Source of the DNA: Minutocellus sp. GHC0000111
Taxonomy: Eukaryota
Assembly (NCBI GenBank): GCA_977018835.1
Contig: OZ361256.1
Coordinates: 1,922,001 to 1,986,000 of the forward strand
Direction: 5' to 3'
Length of the DNA: 64,000 bases
Positions 47,027 to 57,731 of this stretch are shown here, in pieces; within the stretch, counting starts at the first letter, position 1; each line of letters begins with the position of its first letter. Below the pieces are notes generated by a model. It searched no databases. It was not told where the DNA came from and saw only the letters and a list, made by a program, of their open reading frames with translations. The position numbers and the translations under genes were made by a program.

Positions 47027-50000
47027 CTACACAGCGTGTTTCTCAGTGAGCAGGCCATGATGCAAGCACGCGAGAGCTAGCTGCCGGACTACTTTCACTC
47101 GATCCTCTGTGTTCTTCCGCATGGCTTGAATGACCGCCATATTTCGACGGATCATGAGATTCGCCAACACCATATCCACGACGGTTCGGGTTTCCAAGCG
47201 ATAGCCTGACTTCCGGGCGAGTGTGTCGAGTGCAGGAGAAAGTCCACAGACCAGAAGGACTCTCTGGTAAGCACCGTCGATTCTACGTGGCATACGGCAT
47301 TGCGTGTCGATACGCTGAGCTATTCTATCAGCCAAGCCCAAAAAGTTAGAATCGTCTGAAAAGCTTTCCCAAACATGTTGAATAATGTCTGTGAGAACCG
47401 AGCCTTCCATTTCGTAAACTAGAAGCGATTTCGATGCATGACAGCCGCTGACGGAATGCAAACGAATGGGTCCATCTTTCGATGATTCGTCGGGCGCGAT
47501 GATTAGCTTGTAGAAGGTTTCTTCGGCATTTCCAGACGAAGGAAAATATTGCGTCGCTTGATCCTTGGTCAAATGAATAGCCACAGAGCGAGCGGGAGAC
47601 GTCTTGCTCATAGCACAAGCAGAGCTACTTAGGACGCGGTCAAGAGTCTCGTCGGGAGTGCATCCGTGCTGATAGAGAATGTTCAGATATTGGCCGTGAT
47701 CTTCAATCAACTCTTTGTGCAAAAGTAGAGCGGCTTCTCCATTCAACTTAACGCCACTATTTGCATTCGTATGGTCCATCAAAATGCGATAAATGGCTTT
47801 GCTCCATCTTTTCGGAGTGCTATTTAGGTCACCCTGCAGTTGGCCATCTCCATCTAATGAAACAATATGGGACAAAAGATTAAACTTGGCATCGTCATCG
47901 CAGCATGAGTCATAAAGTTTCGTCAGATCGTCAATACCTCCGACCGCCCTTGCCACCCTCTGCGCCATTCTCCACGGGATGCCTCCTTGCTTCAACAGGT
48001 CTTGCAGCGCTTGGGTACTTATTGATATCTTACTGATAGACTTTTCTCCCGGAATTTCTGGTGCAGATGTCGCCACAAGTCCAAGAGCCCCAACAGATCG
48101 AAGAGACGCCTGCTCATCTTTTGTTTGAATAAATCGAATGGAGTCGCTTGTAAACAAAGCTCGGCCAAACATTCGATATACATCTTCTTCGCAAGTAATG
48201 GTTGAATCCAAGGGGTCAAATCCTTCCCGTTCTTGTGCGTCGTAGGCCGTCATCGAACTCGTAAGTCGGGTATCGTATTCAATCATCAGGAACGCCATGC
48301 TACAGGACTGCAGCATTCGACGGAGTTGCGTCAAATGATCGCCCGCATAACTGCGTTGGACGAGATCATTCGCTCTCTTTCTTTCGACCGAAATTCCTAG
48401 TATCTGTCGCTGACCAGTTATCTTATGAATTTTGCTGAAACCGAAGTCACCATGAACGAGTTTTTCCTCTTCAACTTGAGCGAGAGTCCAACCATTCGGC
48501 CAAACTGCACTCAGAGGTCCGGTTACAAAGTGTCTCGCCAATTCCAATCGCATCGCCCTGGGAGTCGCATTCCTGTTACGCTCTCGGTTGTCAATCATCA
48601 CACTCAAGACATAATGACGCAAGCTCGCGATATGGGCTTTGAAGGCTTCTTCATCGGAAGAAGATTTGGCATGAACATCTCCATTATCATTCTCCAGCAC
48701 CACAATTTCGTCATCATCGCTGCCATCATGGACGGTCTTCTTTTTTAGTGCCTTCTTAGCCGAAGATGCACTTGACTTCTTTCCAGTCAAGGGCGGAGAA
48801 TGCAGACCAGATGCTGGCGGGAGTGAATCATCGTCGCTACTATCACCACCGAGCACCTGAGGTTGACTATCCAGAAGGTCAATAGGTTCATCCTGACTAT
48901 CATTGATTTCAATGATGTTATCATCATCTTCATCGTCGCCATTGATTTCGCTCAAATCGATCTTCCTCCTTGCGGAGTCGCTGGAGGCTGGCATTTTCCT
49001 GTCATCCTCGTCGTCGCTGTCCGCTATGTTAACCACGTCTTTGTTAGAGTTTTTTGCAGGCAGCTTCCTTTCTGACTCACGAAGACTCTCCTGCATTACT
49101 CGCCGCATCACCGCTCCTTCTTCATCGTCATACCCATCAGTAACTTGGACACCGCTGTTATCAGTATGGCGTCGTTTTGGGGTTGCGGAGGCCGCCATCC
49201 TCGCTGACTCGGCGAGTGCTTTCTTCATATCTTCGTCCTCTTTGGCAATCTCGGCTTGTTCTTGGCGCTTAATCGCCGCCATAGCCGCGTTCTGTGCAGG
49301 TGTGTATGTTCGAGATCGTTTTGCCGCCGACGATTCTGAGCTAGTTGATGCTTGGGCGTATCCAGAGAATCCATCGGACTGCGAGTATGATCTCTTCCGT
49401 GCTGTTCCAGTCGCACCTGTTGGCATTCGAACGAGCTGAATGGTCAGCGCACGAGATCGACCTTCGCCGACAGAGCTGTGAGTTAGTACCAAACCTGGCC
49501 GTTCTCTCATAAGAGAATCGCAGTGTCTGTGCAATTTCAATCGACGATCTTTCCCAACACTGAACAGCTTAGATTCGCCAACTTGGGCAGTCGTCAATCA
49601 ATTTTCCAATTCGGCTCGATCCCTGTCGATATTGCCATTGGTTCTCAAACCACCAGAAAAAGGGAAATCACCACCGATGGGCCCAATAATTCGTGCACCT
49701 GGAGGAATGTGATTCAGAGTGTGACGCGCAGGGCTTGCATATGCACCGCCACCGCCGCCAACTCGCATACCGGGAGAAGTAAAGGTAGATCTACATGTAG
49801 CTCCAGCACCGATACCAGCAGCCTGTCTCCGTGCGGCCTCTGCCTCGGGTCTATTCGTAAGCAACGCCTCAATGAACATCCTCCCATCCCTCGTCAATGT
49901 AAATTTGTGGGGAGAGCTCCTCCATCCTCTGTCCGTGTATTGCGCCTTGCCCTCTTCGGTGATGAGATTGTGATCCTTCAACGTTATTATGCCAGACCAA

Positions 50001-50694
50001 GCACCATGTGGCCTCCATGGCTCCATCTGCTCGTCGCAAAACTTCTGTCCTTCTGCAATTATTTGCCGCTTGAGTAGAACATCCGTCTGTGAATGATGGA
50101 ACGCCATCAAAATAGCGAATGCACCACCTCGAATCTTTATGCCTTTCATATAATTGTCATTTGAGAACGGATTGTTGCCTTGTGCCGATGCCGCAGATGC
50201 AGCACCTGCTGCTGGAGAGTACAATGCAGCGCCTCCTCCCCTACCACCCACAGATTCTATAACGTTGCCACAGTCGGTACAGAGAAAAACTCCAGCCTCG
50301 GCATGCCTCTCAAGATCGGACGAGCCACAATTTGTACAAGAGACACCGCCGATTACATTGCCACGAGAACGTACCTAGGTACTGGACTGGCCGCGGACAC
50401 TGAAGGCATGCCACCACCATTGGACGGCACGTGCCCATCAGGGTAAACATTCTTCACTCCACGGATAACATCCTCACATAGCCTCGTTACCGTTTTTGAC
50501 AAGCTATTAGGGAGTTTGGCGATGCGACCGTTGCTGAAGCAATAGATATCTTTCCTCACGGCAGCAATCTGCCCAGCCCCCTTTTGCCACGTGTGGGCAT
50601 TGCGCTTGCCCTCTCGCAGGCTCTGTTCATATCGCGCCTCGAGGGCAGCGACCAAATCTTCGTTCCATACCCGGACATCTTTTCGTTTGGGCAT
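47027..50694 (-). pseudogene. MUS81: MUS81-like crossover-junction endonuclease with 8-bp frameshift (50374-50381) and in-frame TGA (49598-49600)
   Basis: N-terminal helical/HhH-like region, winged helix (RGGAFAILMA..AWSGI.TL..NLI..FTLT.DG), ERCC4 core (IDNRE, GDF, VERKRANDL, LMIE). Confidence 0.8.
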
Positions 50695-51041
50695 GTTGCG
50701 CCTTCAATTCTTTATTGACTGATTGCCTACGCTTTTCTTTCGATTCTTGCCTTCGCCAATTATTTATTGCCTACGACTTTTCCTTTCGATTTTTTCCGAC
50801 GGAATTCAGCGCAGGTACTGTGTTCCAAGCGCCCGTGAGCTCGCCCCCAAACAATGTGCACCGCGTTGGTCTAAAACAGCAGAACAGTATCAGCGCGGTC
50901 GTTTCTCATCGGCCGAAGAGGCAATACCGGTAGAAGTGGTCGTATCTTCAAGGATTTTTCTGTTCCATTTTTGGCAAATGCCTCCGGGTTCTTAGATGAG
51001 TTTGGTCTGGCCGTCACTCGCCGGCCCCCCCCGGCAACTGC

Positions 51042-51404
51042 GGTACCTAGGTACCTAGGTACATGTACTAGCTAGTACATGTAACTACTTTCTTCGCTTC
51101 CCATCTACTGATCTACTGATTATGTCGATCCTATAAACGTCTATGTAGAAAATTGTTATACATGTAAGTACCGGTAGGAATGGAATACATGTACATGTAG
51201 GAATCCTATGTTTAGAGAGCCAGCTGCGTACGAGTGTGTGCCTAGGTACACTGCCGGGACCTAGCTAGGTAGCCGAAAAGTACACGTGTAGCACATAATA
51301 TGTAGTCTCGTAGTCTATTCGTAGCTGCTTAGTCTAGCTAGCTGTTAGAGTAGATCTCTTGTAGACTCTAGCTAGCTGGCTTGTATACATGTACCGATAG
51401 TACC
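51042..51404. repeat. intergenic tract of nested TA-flanked palindromes (putative Tc1/mariner excision footprints)
   Basis: TA-CCTAGG-TA-CCTAGG-TA-CATG-TA-C-TA-GC-TA-G-TA-CATG-TA, then further TACATGTA, TACCGGTA, TACACGTGTA and TAGCTA. Confidence 0.75.
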
Positions 51405-51431
51405 TGGTGAAGAGAAGAAGCACACTCAATT

Positions 51432-54400
51432 CTATGCAATGACCTGCTCATCAAGTCCATCAGCGAATCCCAATAGCCTTGTGGCACGCGTCGTCAAGCT
51501 ATTGGTGACTGTTTCGTGATCTTGTGGGACAAGGGTACTAGTACCAGTCGAAAATGTGCTGTTACTTTCCCCACACGGTGTAGTACTCCTCGATGACAGC
51601 ATTGGTGATCTCGACTTGTACAGCCTTGGTTGGATAATAGCATGCCCTGCACTAATATCCACTAAAGACCTCCAAAGCGCATCACTATCCAAAATGAGCA
51701 GTGCTCGAACTACCCCTTCGGCGACATCGCCAACTTCTCCATCATCTGCCAATAGAGGCAGTATCAGCGTTCCCATTGACGAAACCAGACCAACTAAGCC
51801 AGAACCAAGTACTTTTGGCTGGAAGCACTGTGCAATGCAACGAAGCATTGCAATGATCGACAAAGTATTTTCGCAGTGGTTGGCACCTTCAATGGCTCTC
51901 CTGGACGAAGAAATTCGTTTACTTTGGCCTCTCGCCCGTCGTTCTCGCAGCATTATTTCGTGGCCAATCAATTCTGCAATAATCGGCCAGACATCAGATT
52001 CGAATCTGCTTGTCATGAAATCACCAGATAGTTCGCACACACATCCAATGAGCTCGAAAAGTCCGGCAATGTATACTTTCTCATGGCCCCTGTCTTGTGG
52101 TTGTGATGCTGCCAAGATGAGCATACGTGCAGCGGCCTCACTATCCTTGGCTCGAAACCGTTGAGAAATGATCTTGAGTTGTTGATGAATAGACGGCCAT
52201 ATGCTGCTAATCGACATGAAGAGAGCGTTGCCAACGACAGAAGCTTCTTCTCCATCTTGATTGTTCCTTTCCGCCTCTCCGGAATGGGCGAGAAGGTGGA
52301 GCGTAGAAATAATCGTCTTACAGGTAGTCCTCTGCACAATCAAATCAGGCATGGATGAAAGATAGCAGCAACGTGATAACATGCTATTGCAAGTTGCAAT
52401 GACGGAAGCAATCCATGCTGTCTCGCAGATTGAGCCTCCACAGCCTGTCTCGTCGTCCTTGGAAAGGGGACTGCTGTCCTCTATGCCCCGACCGTCGCTG
52501 TTGCTCTCCTTTTTCATTTCGTGGTGCCGGCAAAATCTATCTTCAGACAGCACATCTGTACATGCATATTCATCTTCGTCGTCGCCATGGGAATTATCCT
52601 CTACATCATTGAAGTCTGCCAGCGATGTAAGCCAGGGTTCTTTCACTTCGATTGATGATTTGTCCTCCTCAGCGGTTTCGTCGTCAACTTCGCACGCCTT
52701 ACGTTGAGTATTCGCAATTGCTATTCCGAGGGAGGATGTAGCCGCATCAAAGATTTTTAGAAGACTCAGTGCAGCGTCTCTCTGCGTTCCCGACTTGGTA
52801 TGAATCAAAGAGTCATCATATTCAACCAATACAGCATCAACCAATTCCGTAAGCAAGGATAAATGTGCCACATTGACATTGAAGCCGTCCAACTCCCAGC
52901 TTTTTCCCAGCGATCTGAGCAGATTATCAACTACGCCGGAGCAGAACAAATCCTCGACCAGCCTGCCGGATTGCCGTCGCAGCGATCCTATGATGGAATC
53001 CACAAGATAATCGAAGTGTTTCGCGAGAAATGTGTTGATGTTTGAGCACCCATCGGCTTTTGACAATTGCCCAAGAGTTGCAAGTGCGCTCTGTCGAACA
53101 TGGTGGTGGTGTACAGGTGATGTCTTCTCAACAACGCTGTACAGGATGATTGGAAGGACCTCCTCCAGGAGTCGATGGCTAGCCATCGATTCCTGGAGGA
53201 GGTCGGGGATAACAGCAATAATATCGAGAAGAGAAGAGACGAAGATCGCATTGGCAGAAAGTTCCGACGCCGTAGATGCCGTTGTCAATGCCGACGGCGA
53301 TTCTTCGAGATCTATCGCCCTTCCAGCTGAAGTATACCCGCGACTTAGATGAATTGCGTTGTCAATACTACTAGTGCCTTTCCCAGATGACAAATAGGAG
53401 TGCATCACAAGAGCAGACCTGTCCAAACTTTGAGATTGCGGCACTACATGAACACCAGAGCTCCCTTGGCATGTTGGTAAGGACCAGAGAGGAGACCGTG
53501 CAATTATCGGAAGGATCGACGACACTAGAGATTGGAGGATTCTGTTCCTACTACGACAACGATATCGACCATTGTCGCTGAATGCTGCAGACAGAATTTC
53601 TCCTGCAAGAACAGAAAGGCCAGACCACTCCCCAAGCCGTTGCATTTGACTCTTCCCTGATGAGCTTATATTGTCACTAAGATCTGCAATGCAAGCGTCA
53701 ACAAAAATGGAGCCGTTTCTTGGACCCAGCGCACGGCCGAGCAGCTTTAGCATGTCCATAGTAGCAGAGATTGATGCCTCTTCTCGTAGAAAGGCAAAGA
53801 ATCTAGTCCGACTGGGTGGATTCAGAGATGAATTCATGGAGCCAATTTGCTCGATTAGAGTGCCGTACGATGTTTCAGGTGACAAAGGAAGGGATGTGTG
53901 ATCTAGTTGCAGAAGTTCTGCCAACGCACGCCGGATCACAGATGATACACCCTCGCACGCAAGTGCCGATGCAATATCCATTTGATATCCCGTCTCTCCC
54001 TCTTTACTGCTGGCACTTCCAACCGTTTCATCCAGAGTGACTCGTACATACCCAGAAATCAAACAACAACGCGCCCTCAATTCACTTTCGTGCCCCCTTG
54101 ATGCCAAAGATGGAAGTGCTTTAATCAATTCAACTATTCTCGGAACAAAATTGGCACTCGCCATTTCTTTCCACGTCCCCTCTGTGTGAACCTTTCGATA
54201 CGAACAAAGAGTAGCTCTCGCCATGGTACCTATCGATTCTATATACGCCGTACATGTTTGCAAACAAAAGGGAATCAAATATACATTCAGTATAAATATG
54301 AGAGAGATCGCATCTGTTTCCGGCATGTGTGTATACATGGAAATAGTATGACATCATGGTTCGAACTCACCATCGCTGTCATTCAGCAGGGACAGGCAGC

Positions 54401-55937
54401 ACTCAAGTGCTACAGTAAAAAGAGCATCCTTAGTCGTTTGCGACCAAAATGTTCGAGTATCAACAAGCACCGCATCAACGAGATTGATAATTGCTCTCCT
54501 AACTTTGGCAGAAGTGTGCGCTGAACCTATACGAATAATCATCGTCAATGGTCCGGGGAGTCGGGAATTTACTTCGTCAAGGTATGATGACTCAGCTGAT
54601 TTTGACGAAACATCTGCCTTGCTTCCATCGCGTCCATCCGAATAAGTCGCGGTGGTTCCTCCAGCAAGGGAGGCCGCGGAAAAGAGCCTTGAAGCCGCCA
54701 ATGTCATTGGCAGTGCAGAACTAGTAGATCCGCTGATGGTGACGATATTCTCCGTAAAACACGATCCAGTCTTTTCTGTCGACAACTTTTTCATTCCAAT
54801 CGAAACGCGAAGTAAAAGTGCGATTGTCGATATCGCACGAGCACCCGATGACAAAAGAGCACCACTCGCACGTGTCCTGCAAGACTTCAGAGAGACTCTG
54901 AACAGAGTCGCAAAGGCTCCCGGAAGAACATGTCTCCATATCTCTTGGTGAGGAACGGAGCAGAGCATAATTTCTAGCGTGTCGAGAACAGCGACGCCCA
55001 ATTTCCAATTGCCTCTGCCCGGATCTGTTGGTTTCTTCACTTTGTCGTCGACGTGACCGCCATCATCAGCAACAAGAAGGCCTTGCAGTATTGTCATGCA
55101 CCCGCCAACGATCCGTATCATGAGAACCCCATCCATATGAGTAGCAATGGTCCGAGACAGTGTTGAGTCCGAGAGCCGATCAGGAATACATGTAGGACTT
55201 CCACCAGTCTCTTGACCGGCAAAAATAAAGACTCTTGATATCGTCCTTAGGATGGCCAAGCGACAACCATCACCATCATCGAGGGCAGTGGAATGATTTG
55301 TATCATCCCTCGAATCCGCGCTTTTCTTCTTTTCTTCCCCATTAGAACTTAGAGCCATTTCAACGGCAGACAATGACATTGTCATGGAAACGAGACAGCG
55401 AAGAAGAATGGCGTCATCAAGAGAATTGCTGTTGGAGCCAATATAATCAAAATATCTTTCCAATGCCACGGCTGCATCTTCAACACATCGCATTTGAGCC
55501 GACCTCAGGACAAGATATTGATTCAAAGATGGCAATTGTGATGGTCCAACTCCAACTCTGCCAACAGACTGGTCCGACGGCCTCGTTTGCATGCCGCTGG
55601 AACGCATATCGACACCACTTTGAAGTATGAGTATCAGTGGCAAAAGTACAAATTCTGCCATGGCAACAAGAGCTTCAGGCCCCCCATGAACTTGAGACAC
55701 GCCTTCGATCGCCACCATTAAACGACGAATCATATTTGAACGGATCCGAAATGTCGTGATTTGCTCCGAAGGCTGCTCATTGCTGCTGCCACTGTCAGCG
55801 CGCGCACGTTCGCTGCTTTGCAAGGAGGCTAGAAGTGCCTGCACGATGGGATTTAATTCAGAGAAGATCATCTCAGTGGTATTGCTGTAGGAAGGTACGG
55901 GGGAGGCTGCTCCCGCCAGCGGGGGAGAGGAGGGCAT
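51432..55937 (-). CDS. TTI1: TELO2-interacting protein 1 homolog; complement(join(51432..54238,54371..55937))
   Basis: EFVLLPL, VLPG, HFDYLVDSI, IWPSI and GDFMTSRFESDVWP motifs; HEAT-like; intron keeps the frame (1457 aa). Confidence 0.8.
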
Positions 55938-56302
55938 GGTGTTGCGCGTGTCGATGCGATGTGTCGATTTATTTGATCCAACTGATTGGGTTTTCGGGTC
56001 CGTCTATCGGCTGATCGACAGCCCTCTCTAGGTTTTGTAGGTGGAGAGGAGTCAGTTACTGACTAGCTACGTAGCTGGTAGACTCTACATGAGGTAGTTG
56101 GCGATACTACACGGGCAGCAGCCATGGGGAAAGAATGAAAGCAAGGAGGGACGTACTCCCGAAACAGAATAAATGAGGTAAAATACACAAAAATATATAC
56201 AAAAGAGTGTATTGTAGTCTGGCCACCAACCGATCGCTTCGCCTCCATCCACCCGACCCGCCAGAATCACAGCAGGTGCATCATAATACCAGACCAGCCA
56301 AG

Positions 56303-57616
56303 ATGCCCCGCCCACCAACGAGGCACGGCCTCGAGAAGAAGTTCAAGCCCTGGCGGAAGGGCAAGTCGACCAAGAACAAGGCCCCGGGCGCTAGCAAATC
56401 TCGTGCCTCCCTCAAAAACACGTTGCGCTCCCAGAAGCGACTCCTCCAAAAGCTCCCCGCCGACTGCGATCCGGCCACCCGCTCCAAGGTCGAGTCGACC
56501 ATTGCCCAGCTCGAGGAGGAGATATCGGCCAAGCAGCAGACGCAGAAGGAGCGGAAGAATGCCGAGAAGTACCACCAGGTGCGCTTCTTTGATCGGCAGC
56601 GCCTCGTCCGGCTGGAGAGGACGACCCGACGACAGCTGGACGAGGCCCGATCGGCCGCCGACGTCGACGAGGCGACGCAGCTCCAAGCCGAGTTGGATGA
56701 CATTATCCGCGACAAGCTGTACGTGGCGTTCTTTCCCAACGACACAAAGTACTTCTCGCTGTTCCGAGGTGGAGAGAGGGTGGTCGATGACGAGCCGACG
56801 GCACAAAAGAGGCTGATGATACGCAATCGAATTGCCCAGGAATACAAGGAGGGCAAATTGACGTCCAAGAGTTGGTTCAATCTGGAGGAAATCAAGGAGA
56901 TGAAGAGCCCACTGGCGTCAAAGAGTGCTAGTGGCAGTGCTAAGTCTGGCGTTAGCAAGAGAAAGAGATCCGAGGCCATCAGCACAAAGACTGCCAACAA
57001 GTCTGCCAAGAAGATTGTGAATGAAAAGAAGGATGATAACCGCGACGACGACTCCGCTCGCGATGTCAAGAAGGGAACAAAAGGAGATAACACTGAAGAC
57101 GATGGCAGTGATAGTGACGATAGCTCCTCCAGCTCTAGTAGCAGCAGCGACGATGACTCCGATAGCGATGATGGCAAGGAGCAAAAGCAGCAAAAGGAGA
57201 AGGTCGTCACCAAATCAAAGGAGACTGATGAAGTCGAGGAGATTGGAAATTCTGATTCTGACTCGGATAGCTCGTCCGATTCTGACAGTAGCTCGTCTTC
57301 TGATTCTGATAACAGTAGCAGCTCGTCGGATTCCGATTCCGACTCTGATAGCGAAGATGACGACGGCGATGCAAAGAATCAGACTTCAAACAAGAAGGCG
57401 GCTGGTCAAACTCAGCAGCCGGTACCTCCTACCGCTGAAGAATCGGATGATGACTTCTTTGCCGCCGATGATGGAGGCAACGATGTCTTTGACAAGGCAG
57501 TTCAGTACTCTACCGGATACGAGTATGAGGATTCCAAGGGCGGTAAGAGCAGGGGATGGGCGACGCAAAAACAGCGGCCGGGACAGTGGAAGAAAAACCG
57601 CAATCGGCGGTTCTAA
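56303..57616 (+). CDS. EFG1: rRNA-processing protein Efg1 with acidic Ser/Asp tail
   Basis: LKN.LRSQKRLL, AEKYHQVRFFDRQRLVR and LYVAFFP..KYFSLF motifs. Confidence 0.88.
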   Translation: MPRPPTRHGLEKKFKPWRKGKSTKNKAPGASKSRASLKNTLRSQKRLLQKLPADCDPATRSKVESTIAQLEEEISAKQQTQKERKNAEKYHQVRFFDRQRLVRLERTTRRQLDEARSAADVDEATQLQAELDDIIRDKLYVAFFPNDTKYFSLFRGGERVVDDEPTAQKRLMIRNRIAQEYKEGKLTSKSWFNLEEIKEMKSPLASKSASGSAKSGVSKRKRSEAISTKTANKSAKKIVNEKKDDNRDDDSARDVKKGTKGDNTEDDGSDSDDSSSSSSSSSDDDSDSDDGKEQKQQKEKVVTKSKETDEVEEIGNSDSDSDSSSDSDSSSSSDSDNSSSSSDSDSDSDSEDDDGDAKNQTSNKKAAGQTQQPVPPTAEESDDDFFAADDGGNDVFDKAVQYSTGYEYEDSKGGKSRGWATQKQRPGQWKKNRNRRF

Positions 57617-57731
57617 GGTTATAAACGCATGCGATGCATTTGCAGCAGTAGCTATTCCAACAAATGTAAGAACTATTTTACAAACCCAAGCCTCTGTTCG
57701 GTTCACTTATTATGCTCAGTTGGCAGCACTA

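Noticed and set aside
49598..49600. UGA reassigned to Trp (alternative genetic code)
   Set aside because: Several clear genes in the window end in TGA (8530, 25221, 37619) and use TGG for Trp
57090..57370. Ser/Asp (GAT/TCT/AGC) low-complexity tract as a separate repeat element
   Set aside because: Ordinary acidic tail within the EFG1 reading frame
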